A stretch of 64,000 nucleotides of DNA from an uncultured delta proteobacterium (GTDB taxonomy: Bacteria > Desulfobacterota > Binatia > Binatales > Binataceae): positions 832,001-896,000 of the forward strand of contig CAVRVY010000001.1 of NCBI GenBank assembly GCA_963724765.1, read 5' to 3'. Position numbers and translations under genes: made by a program. The notes beneath the pieces were generated by a model. It was not told the origin of the DNA, made no database searches, and saw nothing but the letters and a program-made list of their open reading frames with translations. Below, piece by piece: positions 36,326-48,057 of the stretch (positions within the stretch are counted from its first letter, which is position 1; the number at the start of each line of letters is the position of its first letter).

Positions 36326-38575
36326 TCAGCGCGGCGCGCTCGACTGGGTCCGCCCGCCGTAGGTGGCATCCGGCGCGGAGCCGGTACTTGCGAGGGCGCG
36401 CGCCTGGCGAGCGGCGCTGGCGAGCCCGCTGCGGTCGAACGTCATCACCATCAGTTCCAGTTCTTGTTCGCCACCAGGATTTTCGGCGGTCACGATCGGT
36501 GTTGCGCGGATTTTCAGCGCGTCGTCCCGATACGTCGCGCTCAAGGCGGAGAGCGCACCGCGCGAGCCGAAAGTCCCGACGTCGATTGTGCCGCCGCGAT
36601 GGCTTTGCGCCCAGAGCCCGTTGGAGATGCGGATGCTGGGACCGCCCAGCCAGTCGTCGCGAATAAAGCCTGCCTGCTCGAGGCGCTTTGGGCTGAGTTG
36701 AGCCAAATCGGCGCCGCTCTGAACGTATTGATCGACGGCGTCGAGCAGCGCGCCGAATCGTGCCAGGTCGACACGGCGTTCGAGGTCGAGCGGCTTCAGA
36801 TCGCGCCAAGGGGCGAGCGCGGCGGGCGTAAAGCGATAGATGAGAACTCCGCCAGCCATAGCCGGCGCGGGACCCAGCGCGGCCAGCACGGTGCGGTACT
36901 GCTGGCGCTGCTGCGGGTCCGGACTATCCTTGATGGAGGCGTCGAGCAGCGCGGCGGTCACCTGATGAGCCGCCAGAAACGCCTTGACCTGCAATTCCGG
37001 ATCGGGGAGATAACTGCCGTTGAATAGCGCGACCATCGCGGGCCAGCGCTCGAACTCCGCCGGCGGCGGCCCGGTCCATGCGCCGGCCATGCGAAAGTAC
37101 ATGTCGCTCTGCGCCTGCCACATCAGGCTGTTGCCCCGCCATCCGTAGGGCACCGGCAGTACGATTTCAGTGGGCTGCAGATAATCGCGGTACGCGCCAC
37201 TTAAAAAAAACGGTGGCGTATCAACCGGCGTGTCCCAGAATGTTGAGGACAGACGCGGCATCGCGAACAACACTGCGGCGAGCGCGACGGTATACTTGAC
37301 CGCGATGGAGGCGCTACTCGAGGCGAGCCACATCGCGACGATTAGCCCAGCGAGAAATGCAACATAGAGCGTGAAGCGAACGGGCATCGCGTTGCCGATA
37401 AGCGGCAGCACGCCGAGTAGCGCTCCTGGCATTAGCATAAGTCGGCGACCGCCGACGCTAAGCCATGGACCACAGGAAAGGATGGTGGTGATCAGCATCA
37501 TCCACAGCAGGAGCCGGGTACGCGCCTCGCGCCAACGCCGCCACGTGAAGACGGCGATGATCGCGAGCAGCACCGGGCCGAGGTAACAGAAGCCGACGTA
37601 GGTTACGGTGCTTGGCACCCGCTCGAACGCTTGCGCCACCACGCCAAGGCGGGCGAGTTCGCCCGTCCACGAGGGCAGTACGAGGAAGAGCAGATCGGCG
37701 CTGAATAGGAACGGCTGCCACATCGGGGCCTTGGGCGCCGCCGTGGAGAAGAAGAAATAGAGGTAGGGCGAGACCACGGCCAGCGCGATGACGTAGCTGA
37801 TGACAATCGGCATGATCAATGCGCGCAGGCGCCGGCGCCGGCGCGTATCGCTTTCGAACAGGATGAATGCAAGCGCGAATGCAATCCCGCTGACGATCGT
37901 GGCCATCGCAAAGACTTCCAGCGAGATCAGAAATTCTATGACCAGCATGGATGCCAGCGCTCCGACGAAGCCTTGCGGCCCTATCTCATCGTTGAACGCG
38001 CGCAGCACGAACCACAGTGACAGGACGATCGGGAAAACCAGCAGAAGCTGCGGGTCACCTTCCCACAGCCAGTGGATCATGTAGCCCGAGAAACCGAACA
38101 AGTATCCGCCAATCAGCGATGCCCACCACGATCCAGTGACATAGCGGTAGAGCACAAACGTGCTCCAGGCGCTGAGCGGAAGCGCGAGCAGGAATACCAC
38201 GTTCAGGGAGGCGACCGGCCCCAGCGCACGGGTGATCGGCGCCAGTATCAGGCCGATCAGCGGCATCCAGGTCGTCCACGCCATATTGAACGTCGCCGGC
38301 GCCCATAACAGATTCGTATGGAAAGGATTTATGCGATGCGCGACCGCATGCGCCAGCCACTGCAAAAACCACGCGATCAGTGCGGGATCGCCCACGGCCT
38401 TGCCCACGTGCCGAGTGGTGAAGTGTCCGACGAGGCCGCGTCCGAAGAACAGCATCGACAACGCGAGGTAGACGCCGAGCGCGCCCAGTCCGTAGCGATC
38501 GCGAGCCGACGCCCGTTTTATCGCAGCCGCCGGCGGATGACAGTCGCGGGCGGGCGCGTCAAGCGATGCGCTCAT
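36326..38575 (-). CDS. Putative GT-C glycosyltransferase, family M copy C
   Basis: Same motif set (GDP..AWFLQW, WQAQSDMYFRMAGAW). Start overlaps the methyltransferase stop (TGATG). Confidence 0.75.
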   Translation of the reverse strand: MSASLDAPARDCHPPAAAIKRASARDRYGLGALGVYLALSMLFFGRGLVGHFTTRHVGKAVGDPALIAWFLQWLAHAVAHRINPFHTNLLWAPATFNMAWTTWMPLIGLILAPITRALGPVASLNVVFLLALPLSAWSTFVLYRYVTGSWWASLIGGYLFGFSGYMIHWLWEGDPQLLLVFPIVLSLWFVLRAFNDEIGPQGFVGALASMLVIEFLISLEVFAMATIVSGIAFALAFILFESDTRRRRRLRALIMPIVISYVIALAVVSPYLYFFFSTAAPKAPMWQPFLFSADLLFLVLPSWTGELARLGVVAQAFERVPSTVTYVGFCYLGPVLLAIIAVFTWRRWREARTRLLLWMMLITTILSCGPWLSVGGRRLMLMPGALLGVLPLIGNAMPVRFTLYVAFLAGLIVAMWLASSSASIAVKYTVALAAVLFAMPRLSSTFWDTPVDTPPFFLSGAYRDYLQPTEIVLPVPYGWRGNSLMWQAQSDMYFRMAGAWTGPPPAEFERWPAMVALFNGSYLPDPELQVKAFLAAHQVTAALLDASIKDSPDPQQRQQYRTVLAALGPAPAMAGGVLIYRFTPAALAPWRDLKPLDLERRVDLARFGALLDAVDQYVQSGADLAQLSPKRLEQAGFIRDDWLGGPSIRISNGLWAQSHRGGTIDVGTFGSRGALSALSATYRDDALKIRATPIVTAENPGGEQELELMVMTFDRSGLASAARQARALASTGSAPDATYGGRTQSSAPR

Positions 38576-39243
38576 CAGGCGGCCTTCTCGAGCAGCCAGT
38601 TGAAATACAGCGGCAGACCGGGAACCAGGCGCAGCCGCGCATGCCGCGTAACCCGCAAGCCATTGCGATTGAAGGCGTTGGCCACGGCCCGCGGCGTGGT
38701 CACATGGTGGTGGTCGATACTCTTAAAGCCGATCGCGCGAAAGCCCAACTCCATCATCGTGTTTACCGCCGGCATGCCGAGAAGAAAACGGCCACCCGGC
38801 CTGAGCACACGCGCGACCTCGCTCAGTCCCTGCTCGTACTGAAGTAGATGCTCGAAGACAGAGAAGCTGAGCGCCAGGTCGAACTCCGCGTTTTCGTAGG
38901 GCAGTTTATATACACTGCCCCGGATGAGCGTGGCGGTGCGCCCGTGGCTGCCGAGCCACGCGTGCACGGGGGCCGGGTCGGCGTCGAGATCGATGCCGTG
39001 CAGTTCGTCGACGCTGGCGGCGATCGCGAGCAGCACCGCGCCTGCGCCATATCCGATCTCGAGCGCCCGGGCGTAGCGGCGATCGGCGATCATCCGCAGT
39101 CCGAGATTGATCCGTTCGCGAAAGAATCGCCCGATGAGCGGCCGTCTGTAGTAGGCGATCGGATCGGTCGGGCCATTGGGGACGAGGCCCTCCAACAGGC
39201 TCGGAGTCAGTTGTAAATCAGCTTGAGGGCGGTCGTGTGTCAC
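38575..39243 (-). CDS. Class I SAM-dependent methyltransferase
   Basis: ALEIGYGAG motif I, GIDL, LPYENAEFD, SVFEHL and RVLRPGG. GTG start estimated. Confidence 0.88.
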   Translation of the reverse strand: MTHDRPQADLQLTPSLLEGLVPNGPTDPIAYYRRPLIGRFFRERINLGLRMIADRRYARALEIGYGAGAVLLAIAASVDELHGIDLDADPAPVHAWLGSHGRTATLIRGSVYKLPYENAEFDLALSFSVFEHLLQYEQGLSEVARVLRPGGRFLLGMPAVNTMMELGFRAIGFKSIDHHHVTTPRAVANAFNRNGLRVTRHARLRLVPGLPLYFNWLLEKAA

Positions 39244-39259
39244 GAAGCGATACTCGCTT

Positions 39260-41572
39260 TCATCGGATCTCCTGAGGGTTTGACGGCGTGACGCCTGAAG
39301 CGAGCGCCTCAGACGGCGCCACCGCTGATTCGTGCGGCCCTTCCTCGCCAGTGGCGGCCACTTCGGCCGCGCGAGCAAGCCCCCTGCGGTCGAATTCCAT
39401 AACCATCATTGCCGCGTCGTTGGTCGAGTTCGCGGCCGGCGGCGTCAGGCGCGAGGGGTAGGGGAAATAGATCGTTGAGGCCTGGGCGCTGTAGCGATCG
39501 ATTGTCGATTTCAGCGCCGCGTAGCTGCCCTCGATTCCGACCTCGATAGTGCTGCTCTTCGACACACTGAGAATCGATTCAACATGGAAAATCGGATTAC
39601 CGACGTGGTCGTGGCTGGGAAAGGGCTCGCCGCCGAACCAGTCGAGCGGCACCAGTCCAAGTGCTTGAACCGCTTGGGGTGTCAGCTTTGCCGGATCGCG
39701 GCCTTGAGCAAGATATCGCTGTGCCGCGAGCACTAGCGTTTCGAAGCGCGCGCGTGCGGCGCGCTGCTGCATCTCGAGAGCGGTCAATCGGCGGTACGGA
39801 GCGAGCGTTTGCGGCGCGATCCGGTACAAGGTGATGCCGCCCACCTCGAGCGATGGCGTATCCAGCGAGGCGAGCAGCTTGTCCGTCGCGATATGCTCCC
39901 GGTCAATCGTCGGCCATCGCAGCCACGTCGCGGCAGTGCGCAGACTGCCCAGGCGCAGAACGAGATATTGAGTGCGTGGTCCGACGATTACCGCACTGAC
40001 GTTATGGTTGGCCAGGTAAGCCTTCAACTGATCTCCCGCATCGGGCACGCCGGCGATGCTGTAAAGTCCGGACATAATCGGCCAGCCGCTATCCTCTTCG
40101 GGCATCGGCGGTGCGAGCCCTACGTACCCGCCCGCCATCCGAAAATACATGTCGGTGGTCGCCTGCCACAGCATCCCTTCGCCGAACAATCCAAAAGGCA
40201 GCACCAGCACGGTCTCGCCGGGCGCGACGTATTGGCGATAGACACCACTGCCGAAAAACGCGGGGATTTCGGCCGGCGTGGTCCAGAACGAAGGCGACAA
40301 GTTTGGCAGCATGAACGGGATGATCGCCAAGCCGAGCGTCCAGCGCCAGGCATTACGTCTGTCGTCGCTGTTCTTTCGATCTGAGGCGAGCCACATCGCG
40401 ACGATCACCGCCATAGTCAGGTAGGCGTATATCATGAAGCGCGAGGGCAGCGCTTTGTCGAGAAGCGGTAACACGGTCAGCGCCGCGGCCGGAAGCGGCA
40501 GAAGGCGGTAGCCTGCGATTTCGAGCAAAGGCCCCAAAGCGAGAACGCAGGCGATCGCAAGCATAGAAATCATGAATCTGCCGGTACGATCATGCCATCG
40601 CTCTCGCGCGAACAGCGCGATTATCACAAGCAGCGGCAGGCCCATATATCCGCTGGACTCGGAAAGTTCGGCGAGGAATCGGCGCGCGATTGTACCGCTT
40701 ACCGCAAGGCTGCCGAGCTCATTCGAACTGGTCGGGACAAGGAAGTTGGCCAGGTCAATGGAAATGCGCCAAGGCGAAAAAATCACTCCGTGCGGCGTTC
40801 CAAATGCGAACATGTAGTAGAGATAGGGCAACAGGACCACTGTACTTATGGCGTAGGCCACGATGATCGACGACGCCACCGAACGAAGACGCGTCCACTC
40901 CTCGGCAGACGCGGACCGGGCGGCCAATGCGAAAGCGATCGCGCCGACGAACGCGGCGGTGGCGAACACTTCGGGCGACATCAGGAACTGCGCAAGCAGC
41001 AGCGCCACCACAATGGCCACGAAGCTCCGCGTCTTGAGCTCGCCCGCGAGACGGCGCAACGTCGCCCAGACCGCCAGCGGGAGCGGAAAAACCAGCAGTA
41101 GGAAGACGCTGCCCAGCATTCCGGTCAGCATCGATGGCGAGAAGGCGAAGAGCCACCCGCCGAGCCAGGCCGGCCAGAAGCGATGAACGATGTAGCGGCA
41201 GAGCACGAACGCCGACCATCCTGTGAGCGCCGGCGTGATCAGATGCAGGAGGTTGCAGGCGACGATCGGTCCCCACAGCCGCGTAATCGGATAGAGCGCG
41301 CAACTGGCCAGCGGAAAATCGGTGGTCCACGCAAGGTTGACGCCCGAGGGCGCCCATACCAGCGCGGTAAGAAATGGGTTGAGGCGATGCGAGACGGCGT
41401 GAGCCCACCAAGCCAGGAACCAGATGTATTGTTGCACGTCGGGCCCGCGGCCAACGTATGCGGACGCCGGATGAGCGAAGACTCCGCGCCCGAAGAACAG
41501 GACCGACAGCGCCAGATAAGATAGGAACGCAGCCCCTCCTCGGCGGTCGAAAAGTTGAGCCGCGGGTCTCAT
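39260..41572 (-). CDS. Putative GT-C glycosyltransferase, family M copy D
   Basis: Intact 770 aa with the full family motif set. Confidence 0.75.
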   Translation of the reverse strand: MRPAAQLFDRRGGAAFLSYLALSVLFFGRGVFAHPASAYVGRGPDVQQYIWFLAWWAHAVSHRLNPFLTALVWAPSGVNLAWTTDFPLASCALYPITRLWGPIVACNLLHLITPALTGWSAFVLCRYIVHRFWPAWLGGWLFAFSPSMLTGMLGSVFLLLVFPLPLAVWATLRRLAGELKTRSFVAIVVALLLAQFLMSPEVFATAAFVGAIAFALAARSASAEEWTRLRSVASSIIVAYAISTVVLLPYLYYMFAFGTPHGVIFSPWRISIDLANFLVPTSSNELGSLAVSGTIARRFLAELSESSGYMGLPLLVIIALFARERWHDRTGRFMISMLAIACVLALGPLLEIAGYRLLPLPAAALTVLPLLDKALPSRFMIYAYLTMAVIVAMWLASDRKNSDDRRNAWRWTLGLAIIPFMLPNLSPSFWTTPAEIPAFFGSGVYRQYVAPGETVLVLPFGLFGEGMLWQATTDMYFRMAGGYVGLAPPMPEEDSGWPIMSGLYSIAGVPDAGDQLKAYLANHNVSAVIVGPRTQYLVLRLGSLRTAATWLRWPTIDREHIATDKLLASLDTPSLEVGGITLYRIAPQTLAPYRRLTALEMQQRAARARFETLVLAAQRYLAQGRDPAKLTPQAVQALGLVPLDWFGGEPFPSHDHVGNPIFHVESILSVSKSSTIEVGIEGSYAALKSTIDRYSAQASTIYFPYPSRLTPPAANSTNDAAMMVMEFDRRGLARAAEVAATGEEGPHESAVAPSEALASGVTPSNPQEIR

Positions 41573-41673
41573 GTTAGATAAGTCGATGCGCTGAGTCGGC
41601 CATGCCGCTGGCTAGCGACGCTCCTGCCAGCATATCGTCTCCGGCCCCCTCCTCCGTCATCGGACAGCCCCAC

Positions 41674-43931
41674 TCACTTACCGGTATCGCGCTTCTGCGG
41701 CGTCGGAGGGAAATCAGCGGCCTGGCGCCGCGTCGCCAGCGCGGCGGCGCGCTCCAGCCCTGAGTGATCGAACGTCATCACCATCATTGCCGGATCGCGC
41801 GGCATCGAAGCGGGCGAAAGCGGAACAGGATAAGGAAAATAGATTTGACTGGCATTAGCACGGTAGGTCCGGATCGTCGACTCGAGCAAATCGTACCGGC
41901 CCTCGATTCCCACCGCTATAAGGCCGGCCTGCGATGGGCCGAGGACAGCTTTGAAATGAAAATAATGAGGATTGGCGTTCGTCTCTGTGAATACCGCGCC
42001 ACCGAACCAGTCACCTGGCAGCAGGCCGAGTTGTTGGGCCCGTTCCGGGCTGAGCGAGGCGAGGTCGCCGCCGAGAACGAGGTAGCGCTCGGCTGCGAGC
42101 AGTAGCGCTTCGAACCGCGCGCGGTCCATGCGTCGCTGCATGTCCAGCGCGGTCAGATCGCGATAAGGAACGAGAGTCTGTGGTGAGATCCGGTATAGCG
42201 TAACGCCTCCGATATCGATCGGCTGGGTGTCCAGGGAGGCGAGCAGCTTTTCTGTCGGAACACGCTCCCGATCAATGGTTGGCCATAGCAGCCAGTTATC
42301 AATGACGCGCCGACCGCCCATGCGCGCGACCAGATAGTAGGTACGAGATCCAACTATAATCGCGCTCACGCCGTGGTTGGCGAGATAAGCCTTCAATTGA
42401 TCACCGGCTTGGGGCACACCAGCAACGTTATAAAGCCCCGCCATGATCGGCCAGCCGCTATGCCCCTTGGGTATCGGAGGTGCATAACCGGCGTAGCCGC
42501 CTACCGTTCGGAAATACATGCCCGTTACTGCCTGCCACAGCATCCCCTCGCCGAGATATCCGAAGGGCAGTGTCGCAACAGTCTGGCCCGGAGCGATGTA
42601 TTGGCGATACAGACCGCTGCTGAAGAAGACGGGAACCTCGACCGGTGTTGCCCAGAACGATGCAGACAGGTTGGGCAACATAAACGGAATGATCGCCAAG
42701 CTGAGCGTCCAGCCCACCATTCGTCCCCCGCTCTCTCGACTCAACCACATGGATATCAATACGGCTGCCGCCAGGTAGGCGTATATCGTGAAGCGCCCGG
42801 GCAACGCTTTTTCGAGCAGTGGTATAGCCGCAAGCGCCGCACCCGGAAGCGGCATGATGGCGTGGCCGGCGATTTCGAGAAACGGCCCCATCGCGAGAAT
42901 GCAGGCGCAGGCGAGCATACATATCACGTATCTGCCGACGCGGTCGTGCCAGCGTTCACGCGCGAACAGCACGATGATCGCCAGCAGCGGAAGTCCAAAG
43001 TAAGCGCGGCTCTCCGACAGGTCCGCGCGAAAATAAGAGGCAATGGCGTTGAACAGCGGCAGGCGTCCGAGTTCGTTGACGTTGGTTGGTACGAGAAAAT
43101 TCTAAAGTCCGCTGCGTTGTTTTTGGGCGATAAAATGGTTCCCTCCGGCATCCCGAACACCAGCATGTAATACAGATAGGGCGACAGGATGACCGCACTG
43201 ATTGCGTATGCCGCGCCGATCGACCATGCCGCCGACACAATCCGTCCGTACTCGTCAGGTGAGGAGGCCGTGCGCGCGGCAAGCGTGATCGCGATCGCGC
43301 CGAAGAGTGCGGCGCTGGCGAAAATCTCGACTGACAGCAGAAACTGCGCGATCATCAGCAGCGCCAACAGGGCTACGAAGCTCCGCGCTTTCAACTCACC
43401 GGCGAGGCGTCGCAACGTGCCCAAACCAGGAGCGGTACCGAAAACACCAGCATGAGGAGTCCACCACCGATCATCGCGGTCAACATGTAAGGCGAAAAAG
43501 CGAAGAGGCATCCACCAAGCCACGCTGGCCAGAAGCGCCGTACAACTTCGCGGCGCAGGCACGAATGCGGACCATCCCGCAAGTGGCAAACCGATCAAAT
43601 GCGCGACATTGCAGGAGACGATCGGCCCATATCAAGCCGCGTAACCGGATAGAGCAGACAGCTAGCCAACGGAAAATCAGTGGCCCAGGTCAGGTTGACG
43701 CCCGAGGGAGCCCATATTGCAGTGGTCAGGACCGGATTCAGACGATGCAGAATGGCGTGCGCCCACCAGGCCACAAACCAGATGTTCTGTACCGCGTAGG
43801 GCCGCGGCCGAGATAGGCGGCCGCCGGATCGGGCGAGCACGCCACGTCCGAAGATGAGGAGTGACAACGCCAGGTAGGATAGAAATGCACTCACGGCCTG
43901 GCGGCCAGATAGAAACCGTGGGTGCCGTCAT
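41674..43931 (-). pseudogene. Family M copy E, multiply frameshifted in its 5' part
   Basis: Family motifs are spread over ORFs 43595-43894, 43391-43582, 42924-43598, 42956-43282 and 41674-42972. The 3' 432 codons are still open. ATG 43931 overlaps the copy F stop. Confidence 0.85.
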
Positions 43932-45591
43932 TTCCCTCGGATCGATAAGTCCAATCGGCCTCCGCGGCTTGTTTCGCTTCGCTTTCGCTTCAACATCGTC
44001 TGAGCCTGCTTTGTCATCGGATGTCCTGTTTCAGTGGCCGACTGCACGCGTCGACGCCGTAGGAACCAAATCAGCTTCTGCTGCTGTATCGTTGCCGCCG
44101 CGGCGTGCTCCAGTCCCGCATGATCGAACGTCATCACCATCATCGCGGGCTCGCGCGGCACCGAAGAAGGCGAGAACGGCTGAGCGGTAGCGGCCTCGAC
44201 CCTGTCTTCCATTCCAGCAGCCAGCTTGGCCTTGGCGCCGAACGCTCCTGAGCGAAGGCCGCAATCCTGCAGCCCTCAGCCCCCAGGGTTTCGCCCAAAA
44301 ACTCGGACAGACTGCTCGCCTCCTTAAATACCCAACCACTCGAGATTGGCGGCATCACGCTCTACCGAGTTGCGTCACAGAAGCGGATTATCGGCTCGAG
44401 CGGGGTGGCCGTCGAACTGAGGGCCCGTACGAGGCTCTCGCCCCGTACCGTAACTTGACTGCGCTCGAGATGCAGCAGCGCGCCTCCGTGTACGTTATGG
44501 TCGGCCAGCGCACCGTGGTCGCCACAACGGGCTGATTTCCTATGCGCAGGACCAGATAGTAAGAGCGAGATCCGACGACAATTGCGCGTACGTCGTGATT
44601 GGCCATGTAGGCCTTCAGCTGGTCGCCAGCCTCAGGCACTCCGAGGTCATTGTACAACCCTGTCATGATCGGCCAGCTTCTATGCTCGGCCGGCACCGGC
44701 GGTACGCCTGACGAATAACCTCCAGCCATCCGAAAATACATGTCGGTTATTGCCTGCCAGAGCATTGCTTCGCCGAGATATCCATAGGGCAATACCATCA
44801 CGTTCTCGCCAGGAACAATATATTGACGATAAAGGCCGCTGCGGAAGAACTTCGGAACCTCGGCGGAGGTTGTCCAGAACGACGCGGACAGATTGGGTAG
44901 CATGAATGGAATGATCGCTAGGCCGAGTCCCCATCGCAGCTCTTTTCGCCCGCTCTCGTCAGCAAGACACGTTGCGACTATTATGGCGAGTGCTAGGTAG
45001 GCGTATGGCATCAGGCGTCCAGGCTGCGCCGTGTCTATTAGCGGCAAGGCCGCAAGGGCCGCGCCCGGAAGTGGCAAGACACGGTAGCCCAGGATCTCAA
45101 GTAGAGGTCCCATCGCGAAGATGCAGGCGGCCGCGAACATGGACACCATGAATCTGCCCCCCGCGGTCGTGCCAGCGCTTACACGCGAACAGCGCGATGA
45201 TCGCGAGCATCGGTAAACCTATGTAGCCGCCGCTATCGTAAAGGGTCGCAATAAACCGATGCGTAGTGGCCCGAAACAGCGGAAGGATACGATCGGCCCC
45301 CACAACCGAGTAACCGGATAGAGGAGGCACGCTGCCAGAGGAAAGTCGCAAGCCCAGGCAAGGTTGCCGCCAGAGGGTGCCCAGACCACCTTGGGTAAGA
45401 GAGGATTCAGATGATGCGAAAGGGCGTGGGCCCACCAGGCCAGAAACCAGATGTAGACCTGCGGGTCTGGCCCCTGACCGATATAGGAGCTCGCCGGATG
45501 GACAAGCACGCCGCGCCCGAAAGATCAGGACCGACCCTGCCAGATATGACAGAAACGCAGCGCCGGCATGGCTTCGCGTCTGCTTGTGCAT
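43928..45591 (-). pseudogene. Family M copy F: frameshifts, large internal deletion and a scrambled segment
   Basis: The N-terminal piece (..WGPIVS) is joined directly to LPLF...SGGYIGLP near 45285. Middle ORF 44388-45149. Shuffled/inverted pieces at 44186-44484. C-terminus PAMMVMTFD at 43928-44180. Confidence 0.85.
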
Positions 45592-45794
45592 CCTCCAACT
45601 CCTACGCAATCAATCCGCCCCGCTGCATCTCCGAGGACGCGCGCTCCGCCGGATGTCAAATCACTTTCCGTAATCTCTTGGAGCGGTAATGGGCCGTCTC
45701 GTAATCTACAAGAGGTTAAAGCATCGTACAACTTTACAAGGCGAGATTGATGCATAAGGGCGGCGGATTTCGGAGGGGGGCGTGGTCTATCGAG

Positions 45795-48057
45795 TCACGG
45801 GGGATGCTGGCCGGTAACAGCAATGTCGGGTCCGCGTCCTGATGGGCGGCTGATGCGGCAGCGCGGGCGAGGCCAGCGCGGTCGAACGTAATCACCATCA
45901 TTGCCGGTCCGCGCGGGGTCGAAACCGGCAACCAGCGGCGTCGGGTATGGAAAATAGATTCGAGTAGCATCGGCGCGGTAGCTCTGTATTATCGGCTCGA
46001 GCGCATCGTACGAGCCCTCGATTCCCACCGCTGTCCCATCCGGCTGCGCGGGGCCGAGAACAATGCTGGAATGAAAGATCGGGTTGGAGTCGCCGGCGCC
46101 GGGCAGCGCTCCACCGAACCATCCTTGCGGTAGCAGGCCGAGTTGCTGCGCACGTCCGGGGCTGAGCGATGCGAGTTCGCCGCCCATGTCCAGATAGCGT
46201 TGAGCGCCGAACAGCAGTGCCTCGAACCGGGCCAAGTCGGCGCGCTGCTCCATCGCGAGCGCGGTCAGCTTGCGATACGGCGCAAGCGTTTGCGGTGTCA
46301 GTCGATAAAACGTGACGCCGGCAGCTTCGATTCCGGCCACGCCCAGTGAGTCCAGCATCGCTAAAGTCGCGTCGCGCTCGGGCGCGAGTGTCGGCGCTCG
46401 CAGCCAAGTGGTGGCGGTGCGGCGTCCGCCGATCGAGCCGACGCGGTACTGACGGCGCGGTCCGCCGATGACGGCACCGACGTCGTGATTAGCCAGATAC
46501 GCTTTCAACTGATCGCCGGCCGCGGGGACACCCCTTATCTGATACAGCCCCGCAATAATCGGCCAGCGGCTATGTTCCTCGGGCACTGGCGGCGCGAAAG
46601 TCACGTAACCCTCCGCCATCCGGAAATACATACCGCTCACCGCCTGCCACAGCATCCCTTCGCCCAGTATTCCATAGGGCAGCACGATCACGGTCTCGCC
46701 CGGCGCGAGGTATTGGCGATAAACGCCGGCGCTGAAGAAGGCGGGTAATTCGGCCGACGTTACCCAGTACGATGCCGACAAATTGGGGAGCATGAATGCC
46801 ACGATCGCGAGTCCGAGCGCCCAGCGCAGTTTCTTCTTGCGCTGTCCTCGGCGAGCCACATCGCGACGATCACGGCCAGCACCAGGTACGCGTACAACAT
46901 GAAACGCGCGGGCAGCGCCTTGTCGAGCAGCGGCAGGCGAGCGAGTGCGGATCCCGGAAGACCCATAACTATTCGTCCGGCGAATTCGAACCGGGGCCCC
47001 ATCGCAAGCACGCAGACCACGATCAGAAGATGGACGAGGAATCTACCGCCCGGCGCATTCCAACGCTCGCGCGCGAAAAGAATCACGGTCGCAAGCAGGG
47101 GCAGCCCGAGGTAGGCGCCGGTCTCGGCCATCTCGGCGCGGAACTGATGCGCGATCGGAGCGAAAAGCGCCACCCGGCCAAGCTGATTGACCGTGGTCGG
47201 GATAGCGAAGCTCGTGAGGTCGATCGCGAAATGCCAGGGCGAGAAAATTTCTCCAGGCGCAGTCGGGAAGGCGAACATGTAATAGAGGTACGGCGAGACG
47301 ATGACCGCCGCGACCGCATAAGCGGCGGCGATAAGCGTCGCGGTCGCCAGCAGGCGGCGGCGCTCTGGTGGCGCCATTGCGGGCGTCGCGAGCAAAAACG
47401 CGATCGCTCCAAACAGCGTGGCACTGGCGACTATCTCGGCGAACAACAAAAACTGTGCGGCGATGAGAATCGCGAGCGCTGCCACGAAGCCCTGCGCGCC
47501 CAGGTTGCCGTCATCCGCCGCAGCGTCACATACGCGCCGAGCGGTATCGGCCACATCAGAACCAGGTCCATGTTGCCGAGCATCCGGCTCAACACATACG
47601 GGGAGAAAGCGAAGAGCAATCCGCCGAACATCGCCGGCCCCCATCCACCCACGACGTAACGGCAGAGCGCGAACGCACTCCATCCCGCGAGTGCCGGCGA
47701 CAGCAGGCAGAGCAGATTGTACGAGACGATCGGCCCGAAGGCGCGCGTGATCGGATATACCAGCCACGCCGCGAGCGGCATGTTGGCCGTCCAGGCGAGA
47801 TTGACGCCCGAGGGAGCCCAGATGACGCTGGTCAGAAATGGATTGAGGCCGTGCGAGATCGCATGTGCCCACCAGGCCATGAACCCGATGTATAGCTGCG
47901 GATCGGGTCCACGGCCGACGTAGACGGTCGCCGGATGGCCGATGATGGCGCGACCGAAAATGAGCAGTGACAGTGCGAGGTAGAGCAAAAATGCGCCTGC
48001 GGCCTGACGGTCGAAGAGGCGGCGAACGCGGGTTAATTCTTTGGCTTCTTCGGTCAT
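45795..48057 (-). pseudogene. Family M copy G, full length with two apparent 1-nt deletions
   Basis: ORFs 47431-48057, 46760-47872 and 45795-46859 tile one protein, with frame changes near 47511 and 46843. Confidence 0.8.
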
